Shown here: one piece after another, positions 1-8,740 of the stretch
How the letters are laid out: every line of letters starts with the position of its first letter
Numbering within the stretch: the stretch's first letter is position 1
Source: Bacteroidaceae bacterium
GTDB taxonomy: Bacteria > Bacteroidota > Bacteroidia > Bacteroidales > Bacteroidaceae
Assembly (NCBI GenBank): GCA_045535555.1
Contig: JAZSLV010000003.1
Location: forward strand, 2,117 to 66,116
Reading direction: 5' to 3'
Length of the DNA stretch: 64,000 bases
Program-made: the position numbers and the translations under genes
The notes under the pieces: model-generated
Seen by the model: only the letters and a program-made list of their open reading frames with translations
Told to the model about the DNA's origin: nothing
The model's database searches: none

Positions 1-1856
1 TACTTCTCACGTTTGGTCTTGTAAATGCGGTCATTCTGATCGATACGTGCAATGGGTTTATTGGTGGGAATTACAACCACATCCAACTTATAGATATCCC
101 AGAACTCACCTGCCTCGGTCTCGGCCGTACCGGTCATACCGGCCAACTTGTGATACATACGGAAGTAGTTCTGAAGGGTGATGGTGGCGAATGTCTGGGT
201 TGCGGCCTCGATGTTGACACGCTCCTTGGCCTCGACAGCCTGGTGCAGTCCGTCGCTCCAGCGGCGACCCTCCATGATACGGCCGGTCTGCTCATCCACA
301 ATCTTGACCTTGCCGTCCTCTGTCACGATGTAGTCAACATCGCGCTCAAACATGCAGTATGCCTTGAGCAACTGGTTGATGGTATGGATGCGCTCGCTCT
401 TTACAGCATAGTTGGTAAGGAGTTCATCCTTCTTGGCCAGACGCTCCTCCTGAGTCAGATCCTTCTCATTCTCGAGCTCAGACAACTGGGTTGCGATATC
501 GGGCAGGATAAAGAAATCGGGATCCTGGTTGGTACCGCTTATAAGTTCAACACCCTTATCGGTCAGGTCAACGCTGTTGAGTTTCTCGTCAATTACAAAG
601 TAGAGGGGCTCCACAGCCTCAGGCATACGCTTGTTCTGCTGCTCCATGTAGATCTCCTCGGTTTTTTGCATGCCCACCTTCATTCCGGGCTCACTCAGGA
701 ACTTGATCAGAGCCTTGTTCTTGGGCAGAGCCTTGAAACTGCGGAACAGTGACAGGAAACCTTCGGCACGCTCGTTCTCATCGTCCGAGTTCACCTTCTT
801 ACGGGCATCGGCCAGAAACTGCGTAGCCAGACGCTTCTGGGCCTCGAACAACTGCTCCACCTGAGGGCGCAACTGCTCAAACTGCTGGTCATCGCCCTTG
901 GGTACGGGACCCGATATGATAAGAGGTGTACGGGCATCATCAATGAGCACCGAGTCCACCTCATCCACTATTGCATAATTATGTCCGCGCTGCACAAGCT
1001 CATTCGGATGGCCGGCCATATTGTCACGCAGATAGTCAAAACCGAACTCGTTGTTGGTACCGAATGTGATATCGGCACGGTATGCGTTACGGCGGGCCTC
1101 GGAGTTGGGCTGATGCTTGTCGATGCAGTCTACGGAAAGGCCGTGGAACATGTAGAGCGGGCCCATCCACTCGGCATCACGCTTGGCCAGGTAGTCGTTC
1201 ACTGTTACTACATGTACACCGTTGCCTGTCAGGGCGTTAAGGAATACCGGCAGAGTGGCCACAAGGGTCTTACCTTCACCGGTTGCCATCTCGGCAATCT
1301 TGCCTTTATGAAGTACCACGCCGCCAAACAACTGAACGTCATAGTGGATCATGTTCCAAACGGTATCGTTACCGCCGGCTACCCAGTGCTGCTGCCACAA
1401 GGCCTTGTCACCGTCAATGATTACAAAATCATGCTTGGCAGCCAGGTCACGGTCAAAATCGGTTGCGGTAACCTCAACCTGCTCATTCTGCGTAAAGCGG
1501 CGGGCGGTATCCTTGATAATGGCAAATACATCGGGGAGAACCTCGTCCAGAACCACCTCATAGCGGTCCATGACCTCTTTCTCCAACTTGTCTATCTGAT
1601 TAAACAGAGGCTCGCGGTCCTCCATCTCAGTCTGCTCTACCTTAGCCTTAAGCTCCTCTATGCGTTTCTTTTCAGGTATTACAAAGTCCTGGACCTTGCG
1701 GCGTATCTCCTGTGTTGCGGCACGCAGCTCATCATTGGACAGTTTTTCATACTTGGGATACGCAGCCTTGACTTTCTCCACCCAAGGCTGAATCTCCTTT
1801 ATGTCGCGGGCCTGCTTATTACCAAAAAGCTTCCCGATAAATTCATTAAATCCCAT
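1..1856 (-). CDS. secA: Preprotein translocase ATPase SecA, N-terminal ~618 codons (3' end runs off the window)
   Basis: Absent from the supplied ORF track because there is no stop inside the window. My own minus-strand translation from the ATG (complement of 1854-1856) is uninterrupted to base 1. It begins [18 protein letters not shown] and contains [21 protein letters not shown] (Walker A), [17 protein letters not shown] and [22 protein letters not shown] (Walker B/DEAD-like). Confidence 0.95.
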   Translation of the reverse strand, partial: MGFNEFIGKLFGNKQARDIKEIQPWVEKVKAAYPKYEKLSNDELRAATQEIRRKVQDFVIPEKKRIEELKAKVEQTEMEDREPLFNQIDKLEKEVMDRYEVVLDEVLPDVFAIIKDTARRFTQNEQVEVTATDFDRDLAAKHDFVIIDGDKALWQQHWVAGGNDTVWNMIHYDVQLFGGVVLHKGKIAEMATGEGKTLVATLPVFLNALTGNGVHVVTVNDYLAKRDAEWMGPLYMFHGLSVDCIDKHQPNSEARRNAYRADITFGTNNEFGFDYLRDNMAGHPNELVQRGHNYAIVDEVDSVLIDDARTPLIISGPVPKGDDQQFEQLRPQVEQLFEAQKRLATQFLADARKKVNSDDENERAEGFLSLFRSFKALPKNKALIKFLSEPGMKVGMQKTEEIYMEQQNKRMPEAVEPLYFVIDEKLNSVDLTDKGVELISGTNQDPDFFILPDIATQLSELENEKDLTQEERLAKKDELLTNYAVKSERIHTINQLLKAYCMFERDVDYIVTEDGKVKIVDEQTGRIMEGRRWSDGLHQAVEAKERVNIEAATQTFATITLQNYFRMYHKLAGMTGTAETEAGEFWDIYKLDVVVIPTNKPIARIDQNDRIYKTKREK

Positions 1857-1915
1857 TATGCGGTATTTCTATTGATTACTACTGTTTAACAGCACGCAAA
1901 ATCCGTGCCGAAATG

Positions 1916-1923
1916 CAAAAGTA
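1916..1923 (-). promoter_or_regulatory. Bacteroidetes -7 promoter box (TACTTTTG on minus strand) upstream of secA
   Basis: Matches the TAnnTTTG consensus about 60 nt upstream of the secA ATG. Confidence 0.4.
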
Positions 1924-1995
1924 CATTTTTTACAAGAAAACACGACATTTTTATCACATCAACTTGACTACAACCTTCATTTCAAACAAAAATGT

Positions 1996-2003
1996 TATAT
2001 TTG
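1996..2003 (+). promoter_or_regulatory. Bacteroidetes -7 promoter box TATATTTG upstream of the DUF4160 gene
   Basis: Exact TAnnTTTG match 34 nt upstream of the ATG at 2037. Confidence 0.5.
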
Positions 2004-2036
2004 CCAAAAATTTAACACCATCAAATAATTAAAACT

Positions 2037-2291
2037 ATGCCTGAGATTTGTAGATTTTATGGAATTATCATCAAGATGTTTTTCAAACCAAAAGAACACG
2101 AGCCAGCTCACATCCATGCTATATACAATGAATGCGTAGGAATTTTTGACATCAATACCTTTGAGATGATTGACGGAGATTTACCGCCTAAAGCACAAAG
2201 TTTGGTAAAAGAATGGCTAGAAAACAACTATAATAAGTTGATGGAGATGTGGAATACACAAATTATTACTAAATTGGACCCCCTAAAGTGA
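2037..2291 (+). CDS. DUF4160 domain protein (84 aa)
   Basis: N-terminus MPEICRFYGIIIKMFF..EHEPAHIHAIY and C-terminal LVKEWLENN..L.EMW fit the DUF4160 pattern as I remember it. It has its own promoter box and sits 7 nt upstream of the partner gene. Confidence 0.85.
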   Translation: MPEICRFYGIIIKMFFKPKEHEPAHIHAIYNECVGIFDINTFEMIDGDLPPKAQSLVKEWLENNYNKLMEMWNTQIITKLDPLK

Positions 2292-2298
2292 TCATTTT

Positions 2299-2547
2299 AT
2301 GGTTCCCAGAATAAAGAGCATACAACCACTTGACGATTTCATTCTTCTCGTTGAATTTGATGACGGGAAGAAGGTAGAGTATGATGTCAAGGATGACATA
2401 AGGACTTTGGCTGATTTCAAGGTTCTTGAGTCAGAGTATGGTCTTTTCCAAAATGTCAGACTGGACTCATCACGCACATGCGTATATTGGAACGATCGTG
2501 TAGATCTTCCGTCCGATACCATCCTTGAGTACGGGCAACCTATTTAA
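2299..2547 (+). CDS. DUF2442 domain protein (82 aa)
   Basis: IKSIQPLDDFILLVEFDDGKKVEYDV ... VYWNDRVDLPSDTILEYG fits the DUF2442 pattern. This family is the usual downstream partner of DUF4160 genes. Confidence 0.85.
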   Translation: MVPRIKSIQPLDDFILLVEFDDGKKVEYDVKDDIRTLADFKVLESEYGLFQNVRLDSSRTCVYWNDRVDLPSDTILEYGQPI

Positions 2548-2558
2548 CAGTTTATCAC

Positions 2559-2596
2559 AAAAGACGGTCGCATTATTTGATTTGCGACCGTCTTTC
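2559..2596. terminator. Bidirectional intrinsic terminator between convergent genes
   Basis: Perfect 13-bp stem AAAGACGGTCGCA (2560-2572) / TGCGACCGTCTTT (2583-2595) with a 10-nt loop. T-runs follow on both strands. Confidence 0.7.
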
Positions 2597-2615
2597 CTCG
2601 CATAATTGTTTATGC

Positions 2616-3062
2616 TCAATCATTCATTCGTTCAAAAGTATACTCAATTTTCTGTTTGTATTTTTTTTCGATTTTCCCCTCCTTCTCCATATTCAATTCA
2701 TCTTTCGAGAGGGTATATTCCCACTCACCCAAATCATCATCATCAAACTCCATCACGCCGGATTTAGCCGTGAACGAATACTTACCCTCCTTTTCCCACT
2801 CATCATCTTCATCACACTGATAGATAACCACGGAATATTCGTTACCACTCTTGTGGGAAATGACGAATTTTAGACAACCATACTCAGGCTTTTTAGGGTT
2901 ATATTCATCATTCCATTTCTCAATATCACCATCACCCCAATCAATTCTACTTTTTTCTTGGGTTAATCCCCAAGTGCCCACAAGACTTGGAGCCGTCTCT
3001 TCCTTTTCACAGGAACAGAACAGGAATGCAACCATTGCAATCGCGTAAAAAACTTTTTTCAT
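2616..3062 (-). CDS. Small acidic lipoprotein, lipocalin-like (148 aa)
   Basis: Signal peptide plus lipobox MKKVFYAIAMVAFLFCSC. The LVGTWGL motif is typical of lipocalin-like domains. The mature part is very D/E-rich. Confidence 0.7.
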   Translation of the reverse strand: MKKVFYAIAMVAFLFCSCEKEETAPSLVGTWGLTQEKSRIDWGDGDIEKWNDEYNPKKPEYGCLKFVISHKSGNEYSVVIYQCDEDDEWEKEGKYSFTAKSGVMEFDDDDLGEWEYTLSKDELNMEKEGKIEKKYKQKIEYTFERMND

Positions 3063-3465
3063 TGTGATTATTACTCCATTCCGCCTGGCCCCTGTGCGGC
3101 AGTTAGTCCTATAAAAAAGTGTGGAGCCAATCCCGTTTACTTATTGGAGGTTGTGGAAGACCCTTGCTGAATAAACGGATGATAGTACCCCACACTCGGC
3201 TTGATATGGAGTACCAGTTCCTCCCGGAACAGATAGCATAATCATAGCACGAGCGATAAGTAAATCCGCGTTCCTTCGGCGATAGAAACTTCCACATTTC
3301 CAATAAAGGACACGAAAACACTTTTCGTAATTATGTCTGAACCCGTTGGTTCGCTTACAAATATAGCGTTTTTTTTACAAGCACAACTATTACACAAATA
3401 TTTATTTACGACCATCTTTCTAACATATTTTGCATACAAATGTTTTGCACTACCTATTAAATAGG

Positions 3466-3473
3466 TAACTTTG
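3466..3473 (+). promoter_or_regulatory. -7 promoter box TAACTTTG for the ilv operon
   Basis: TAnnTTTG match, with a TTTG at 3444-3447 as a possible -33 element. It lies 58 nt upstream of the ATG at 3532. Confidence 0.5.
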
Positions 3474-3531
3474 CATTTCAAATACTCCGGATGGGGAATT
3501 TGTGAATATATATACAGAAAATTTGAATGTT

Positions 3532-5334
3532 ATGAAGATTCCATTGAGAAGTGACCAGTGTACGGTTGGACGCCGCATGGCGGGAGCCAGGGCTCTCTGG
3601 GTTGCAAACGGTATGAAAAAGGAGCAGATGGGCAAGCCTATAATTGCTATTGCAAACTCATTCACACAGTTTGTACCGGGTCACGTGCATCTTCATGAGG
3701 CCGGACAGATAATAAAGAAGGAGATTGAGCGTCTGGGCTGCTTTGCTGCCGAGTTCAACACCATTGCCGTTGATGACGGCATTGCAATGGGTCACGACGG
3801 AATGCTTTACTCACTGCCCTCACGTGACATAATTGCCGACAGTGTGGAGTATATGGTCAACGCCCACAAGGCCGATGCACTGGTATGCATAAGCAACTGC
3901 GACAAGATTACTCCGGGAATGCTTATGGCCACCATGCGTCTTAACATCCCAACCGTATTCGTAAGCGGCGGCCCCATGGAGGCCGGTGAGTTGGGCAGCG
4001 CACATCTGGACCTTATTGACGCCATGATCAAATCGGCCGATGAAAGCGTATCGGACGCCGACGTTGAGGCTATTGAGCGCTCGGCCTGCCCGGGCTGCGG
4101 ATGCTGCTCAGGTATGTTTACCGCCAACTCCATGAACTGTCTTACCGAGGTCCTGGGTCTGGCACTGCCCGGTAACGGTACTATACTGGCTACACATAAG
4201 AACCGCGTACAGCTGATGAAAGATGCGGCTGCTCTCATAGTAAAGAACGCCCTCAAGTATTATGAGCAGGGCGATGAGAGTGTTCTGCCCCTGAGCATAG
4301 CCAGGAAAAAGAACTTTGAGAACGCCATGAACCTGGATATAGCCATGGGCGGCTCTACAAATACGATACTGCACCTGCTGGCTGTGGCCTATGAGGCCGG
4401 CGTTGACTTTAAGATGGACGATATTGACCGTCTGTCACGCCACGTCCCCTGCCTTTGCAAGGTTGCGCCCAACACCCAGAAGTATCACGTTCAGGATGTA
4501 GGCCGAGCAGGCGGTGTGCTGGGTATCCTGGCCGAACTTGCCAAAGGCGGTCTGCTGCATACCGATGCCATGAACGTTACCGGCATGACTTACGGAGAAC
4601 TTATTGAAAAGTACAGCATACTCAAGGACAACATTGACCCTGAGGCCAAGCGCATATACTCAACCGCTCCCGCACGCAAGTTCAGCAACGAACTTGGCTC
4701 ACAGGACTGCACATACAGCACTCTTGACACCGACCGCGCAGAGGGTTGCATCCGCGACCTGCAGCACGCCTACACCAAGGACGGCGGTCTGGCCATACTT
4801 AAGGGTAACATTGCAGTTGACGGCTGCGTGGTAAAGACCGCAGGCGTTGACGAGAGCATATGGAAATTCTCAGGTCCCGCCAAGGTATTTGACTCTCAGG
4901 AGGATGCAGTTGACGGCATACTGGGAGGCAAGGTTGTAGCCGGCGATGTGGTTGTGATCACGCATGAGGGCCCCAAGGGAGGTCCCGGCATGCAGGAGAT
5001 GCTCTACCCCACCTCTTATATCAAGTCACGCCACCTGGGCAAGGCCTGTGCCCTGATTACCGACGGCCGTTTCAGCGGCGGCACATCGGGTCTGAGTATC
5101 GGCCACATATCACCCGAGGCTGCCAACGGCGGTGCCATAGGAAAGGTGGTTGACGGCGATATCATTGATATTGACATACCCGCACGCAGCATCAACGTTC
5201 GTCTTAGCGATGCAGAGCTGGCAGCCCGTCCCATGCGTCCTCTCACCCGCAAGCGCGTGGTAGCCAAGAGCCTCAAGGCTTACGCAAATATGGTAAGTTC
5301 GGCCGATAAGGGTGGCGTTAGGATTATTGATTAA
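3532..5334 (+). CDS. ilvD: Dihydroxy-acid dehydratase
   Basis: [23 protein letters not shown] ... [11 protein letters not shown] ... full-length IlvD/Edd family. The track ORF starts at a GTG at 3502; the ATG at 3532 gives the canonical N-terminus. Confidence 0.95.
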   Translation: MKIPLRSDQCTVGRRMAGARALWVANGMKKEQMGKPIIAIANSFTQFVPGHVHLHEAGQIIKKEIERLGCFAAEFNTIAVDDGIAMGHDGMLYSLPSRDIIADSVEYMVNAHKADALVCISNCDKITPGMLMATMRLNIPTVFVSGGPMEAGELGSAHLDLIDAMIKSADESVSDADVEAIERSACPGCGCCSGMFTANSMNCLTEVLGLALPGNGTILATHKNRVQLMKDAAALIVKNALKYYEQGDESVLPLSIARKKNFENAMNLDIAMGGSTNTILHLLAVAYEAGVDFKMDDIDRLSRHVPCLCKVAPNTQKYHVQDVGRAGGVLGILAELAKGGLLHTDAMNVTGMTYGELIEKYSILKDNIDPEAKRIYSTAPARKFSNELGSQDCTYSTLDTDRAEGCIRDLQHAYTKDGGLAILKGNIAVDGCVVKTAGVDESIWKFSGPAKVFDSQEDAVDGILGGKVVAGDVVVITHEGPKGGPGMQEMLYPTSYIKSRHLGKACALITDGRFSGGTSGLSIGHISPEAANGGAIGKVVDGDIIDIDIPARSINVRLSDAELAARPMRPLTRKRVVAKSLKAYANMVSSADKGGVRIID

Positions 5335-5342
5335 GCAAGATT

Positions 5343-7040
5343 ATGAGTAATATGATAACAGGAGCCGAGGCGATGCTCCGCGCATTGCTTGCCGAGGATG
5401 TGAATACGGTTTTTGCATACCCTGGAGGTTCTATTATAAAGGTATTCGACGCCCTGTATGACCACCAGAAGGATCTCAAGCAGATTCTGGTACGTCATGA
5501 GCAGGGTGCCACGCACGCGGCTCAGGGTTACGCACGCGTATCGGGCCGTACCGGTGTGGCTATAGTTACCAGCGGTCCCGGTGCCACCAACACCATAACC
5601 GGCATAAGCGACGCCATGCTGGACAGCACTCCCATAGTTGTAATTGCCGGTCAGGTTGGGACCGATGCCCTGGGTACCGATGCTTTCCAGGAGATTGACC
5701 TGGTGGGTGTTACACAGCCTATCACCAAGTGGAGTTACCAGATTCGCCGCGCCGAGGATATTCCCTGGGCTGTAGCACGCGCATTCTACATAGCAGGCTC
5801 CGGCCGTCCGGGTCCTGTGGTGCTTGACTTTACCAAGACCGCCCAGATGCAGCAGATTGATTTCAAGCCTGCCAAAATAGATTATGTTCGCAGTTATATC
5901 CCCGCTCCCGATCCCATTGAGAGCCAGATAAACGACGCCGTACGTCTTATTGACAGTGCCAAGAAGCCGCTTGTACTGGTAGGACACGGAGTTGAACTGG
6001 GTAATGCCGAAAAAGAACTTGCTGCTTTTATAGAAAAAGGTAACCTGCCGGCAGCCCGCACCCTTCTGGGTCTTGCAGCACTGCCCACTGACCACCCGCT
6101 TAATATGGGTATGCTGGGAATGCACGGAAATCTGGCGCCCAACGTAAAGACCAATGAGTGCGATGTGCTGATAGCCGTGGGTATGCGTTTTGACGACCGC
6201 GTAACCGGCACTTTGGATACATATGCCAAGCAGGCCAAGATAATACACTTGGATATAGACAAGTCAGAGTTCGGCAAGAACGTCAAGCCCGATGTAACTG
6301 TGCTTGGTGACTGCCGTCTTACACTCAGGCTAATAACCGAGCGTATGGCCAAGGCAGACCATAAGGAGTGGATTGAGAGTTTCAAGCCTCTTGACAAGGA
6401 GGAGTATGACAAGGTCATTGACAGTGCCATACATCCCGCCGGCGGCCCGCTCAGGATGGGCGAGGTTGTGACTGCCGTAAGCGACGCCGCTCCGCAGAAC
6501 GCCGTTCTGGTAAATGACGTAGGCCTTAACCAGATGTTCTCATCACGTTATTTCAAGTATCGCAGTCCCCGCAGCATAGTGACATCGGGCGGTCTGGGTA
6601 CAATGGGATTCTGCATGCCCGCAGCCATAGGCGCCACATTCGGCGCTCCCCAGCGTACCGTCCTGGCCTTTATGGGTGACGGCGGTTTCCAGATGAACAT
6701 CCAGGAACTGGGCACCATCATGCAGACACAGGCTCCCGTCAAGATGATCCTGATGAACAACACCTATCTTGGTAACGTGCGTCAGTGGCAGCAGATGATG
6801 TTCCAGAGCCGATACTCATGCACCCACATGATGAATCCGGACTACAGCAAGATAGCCGCCGCATACGGTATCCCCTACCGTCTGGTAACAGACCGCAAGG
6901 AGCTTAAGGATGCCGTTGCATATATGCTCAAGACCAAAGGTGCATTCCTTCTGGAGACAGCCGTTATGGATGAGGAGAATGTGATGCCCATGATCAAGCC
7001 GGGTAGCCCAGTGGATAAGATGATTTTTAGCATAGACTAA
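5343..7040 (+). CDS. ilvB: Acetolactate synthase large subunit
   Basis: TPP enzyme motifs GGLGTMGFCMPAAIGA and FMGDGGFQMNIQEL. It lies in an operon between ilvD and ilvN. Confidence 0.95.
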   Translation: MSNMITGAEAMLRALLAEDVNTVFAYPGGSIIKVFDALYDHQKDLKQILVRHEQGATHAAQGYARVSGRTGVAIVTSGPGATNTITGISDAMLDSTPIVVIAGQVGTDALGTDAFQEIDLVGVTQPITKWSYQIRRAEDIPWAVARAFYIAGSGRPGPVVLDFTKTAQMQQIDFKPAKIDYVRSYIPAPDPIESQINDAVRLIDSAKKPLVLVGHGVELGNAEKELAAFIEKGNLPAARTLLGLAALPTDHPLNMGMLGMHGNLAPNVKTNECDVLIAVGMRFDDRVTGTLDTYAKQAKIIHLDIDKSEFGKNVKPDVTVLGDCRLTLRLITERMAKADHKEWIESFKPLDKEEYDKVIDSAIHPAGGPLRMGEVVTAVSDAAPQNAVLVNDVGLNQMFSSRYFKYRSPRSIVTSGGLGTMGFCMPAAIGATFGAPQRTVLAFMGDGGFQMNIQELGTIMQTQAPVKMILMNNTYLGNVRQWQQMMFQSRYSCTHMMNPDYSKIAAAYGIPYRLVTDRKELKDAVAYMLKTKGAFLLETAVMDEENVMPMIKPGSPVDKMIFSID

Positions 7041-7043
7041 AGT

Positions 7044-7598
7044 ATGGAGAACGAAAAGAAGTTATACACACTGATAGTTCACTCGGAGAACATAGCCGGT
7101 ATCCTGAACCAGGTTACCGCAGTGTTCACACGCCGTCAGGTAAATATTGAGAGCCTGAACGTATCAGCATCGTCAATACCGGGCGTTCACCGCTACACCA
7201 TAACCGCCATGGCCGATAAGGAGACAATCGTAAAGATTGTGGACCAGATAGAGAAGAAGGTGGATGTGCTTCAGTGCCAGTACTTTACCGATGATGAGAT
7301 ATTCATGCAGGAGGTGGCATTATATAAGGTGGTAACCTCCGTGCTGACCGAGAACCCCGAGATGTCCAAGATCATACGCCGTTACGGCGCCAAGCTGATT
7401 GAGGTCAACTCCACATTCTCTGTCATCGAGAAGAGCGGACTGACTGAGGATATCACAGCACTCAACCACGAGCTTACCGCCCAGGGCGGCATGCTTCAGT
7501 TTGTAAGTTCCGGCCGCGTAGCCATCACCCGCGCCCGCATTGAGCATGTAAACGAGTATCTGGACAAGATGGAGGCCAGATACGGCAAAAAAGAATAA
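7044..7598 (+). CDS. ilvN: Acetolactate synthase small (regulatory) subunit
   Basis: N-terminal ACT domain (LIVHSENIAGILNQVTAVFTRRQVNIESLNV). It starts 3 nt after ilvB. Confidence 0.9.
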   Translation: MENEKKLYTLIVHSENIAGILNQVTAVFTRRQVNIESLNVSASSIPGVHRYTITAMADKETIVKIVDQIEKKVDVLQCQYFTDDEIFMQEVALYKVVTSVLTENPEMSKIIRRYGAKLIEVNSTFSVIEKSGLTEDITALNHELTAQGGMLQFVSSGRVAITRARIEHVNEYLDKMEARYGKKE

Positions 7599-7627
7599 CA
7601 GTTACTTTTTAAATACTACACAAGACT

Positions 7628-8668
7628 ATGAAAATGAATTTCGGAGGTGTCATAGAAGAGGTTATGACACGTGAGGAGTTCCCGCTGGAGAAAGCCCGCG
7701 AGATACTCAAGAATGAGACAATTGCAGTTATCGGTTACGGTGTTCAGGGCCCCGGCCAGGCTTGTAACCTTCGCGACAACGGTTTCAACGTAATCGTAGG
7801 CCAGCGTCAGGGCAAGACCTATGAGAAGGCTGTTGCTGATGGTTGGGTTCCCGGCAAGACTCTGTTCTCAATCGAGGAGGCTGCCCAGAAGGGAACAATC
7901 ATCTGCATGCTTCTGTCCGATGCAGCTCAGATGCAACAGTGGCCTAACATCAAGCCTTACCTGACCGCAGGCAAGACCCTCTATTTCTCACACGGTTTCG
8001 CTATTACATGGAATGACCGCACAGGCGTTGTTCCTCCCAAGGATATCGATGTCATCATGGTTGCCCCCAAGGGTTCAGGTACATCACTCCGTACCATGTT
8101 CCTTGAGGGCCGCGGTCTGAACAGCTCATACGCTGTATATCAGGATGCATCAGGCAAGGCTCTTGACAAGGTTCTGGCTTTCGGTATCGGTATCGGTTCA
8201 GGTTACCTGTTTGAGACCACATTCGTACGTGAGGCCACTTCTGACCTTACCGGTGAGCGCGGTTCACTGATGGGTGCCATCCAGGGCCTGCTCCTGGCTC
8301 AGTATGAGGTTCTGCGTGAGAACGGCCACACTCCCTCTGAGGCTTTCAACGAGACAGTTGAGGAGCTCACTCAGTCACTTATGCCTCTGTTCGCTCAGAA
8401 GGGTATGGACTGGATGTACGCCAACTGCTCAACAACTGCACAGCGCGGTGCTCTTGACTGGATGGGCCCGTTCCACGATGCAATCAAGCCCGTCGTTCAG
8501 AAGCTCTATGCCAGTGTAAAGAGCGGTAACGAGGCCCAGATCTCAATTGACAGCAACTCAAAGCCCGGCTATCGTGAGGGTCTTGAGAAAGAGCTGGCCG
8601 CCCTGCGCGACAGCGAGATGTGGCAGACCGGTGCTGTTGTACGCAAGCTCCGTCCCGAGAACAACTGA
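7628..8668 (+). CDS. ilvC: Ketol-acid reductoisomerase
   Basis: GYGVQGPGQACNLRDNG Rossmann motif and class I KARI length. Confidence 0.95.
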   Translation: MKMNFGGVIEEVMTREEFPLEKAREILKNETIAVIGYGVQGPGQACNLRDNGFNVIVGQRQGKTYEKAVADGWVPGKTLFSIEEAAQKGTIICMLLSDAAQMQQWPNIKPYLTAGKTLYFSHGFAITWNDRTGVVPPKDIDVIMVAPKGSGTSLRTMFLEGRGLNSSYAVYQDASGKALDKVLAFGIGIGSGYLFETTFVREATSDLTGERGSLMGAIQGLLLAQYEVLRENGHTPSEAFNETVEELTQSLMPLFAQKGMDWMYANCSTTAQRGALDWMGPFHDAIKPVVQKLYASVKSGNEAQISIDSNSKPGYREGLEKELAALRDSEMWQTGAVVRKLRPENN

Positions 8669-8685
8669 TCCTGATCAGTAAACAC

Positions 8686-8727
8686 AAAAAAGAATCCCTC
8701 GGAAACAATTCCGAGGGATTCTTTTTT
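8686..8727. terminator. Bidirectional intrinsic terminator (ilvC / ppiD-like convergent pair)
   Basis: AAAAAAGAATCCCTCGG - 8-nt loop - CCGAGGGATTCTTTTTT. Confidence 0.8.
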
Positions 8728-8740
8728 ATATCTGTATCAA

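Noticed and set aside
150-1889. Plus-strand ORFs of 200 and 302 aa (150-752, 981-1889)
   Set aside because: They are antisense to a perfectly conserved SecA frame. Their composition is typical of shadow ORFs and they have no motifs.
3200-3235. GUUCCGGGAGGAACUGG segment (minus strand) reminiscent of the SRP/4.5S RNA conserved hairpin
   Set aside because: It does not match the conserved GGAA/AGCA symmetric-loop motif well enough, and the surrounding sequence does not form the expected long helix.
3333-3464. 43-aa hydrophobic ORF (MSEPVGSLTNIAFFLQ...) in the lipoprotein-ilvD gap
   Set aside because: It overlaps the predicted ilvD promoter elements and AT-rich sequence, and there is no supporting signal. 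It is probably a chance ORF, although a small membrane peptide cannot be excluded without ribosome profiling.
3502-3531. N-terminal extensions in the ORF track (ilvD GTG at 3502; ppiD-like 10942; coaX 16258; porin-like 15591; lysS 25436; lipoprotein 26079; folB 46807)
   Set aside because: Internal ATGs give canonical N-termini or signal peptides. In several cases they lie downstream of a TAnnTTTG box or avoid overlap with the preceding gene.
5331-6248. 305-aa minus-strand ORF, and other long antisense ORFs (16710-17536, 20811-21476, 28116-28664, 40914-41579, 41697-42242, 44916-45581, 56835-57515, 58670-59401)
   Set aside because: Each lies fully inside a strongly supported gene on the other strand (ilvB, the DUF4105 fusion, HAD, OMP, lipoprotein/amidase, nrdJ, dxs, trkA). 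They are shadow ORFs favoured by the codon bias.
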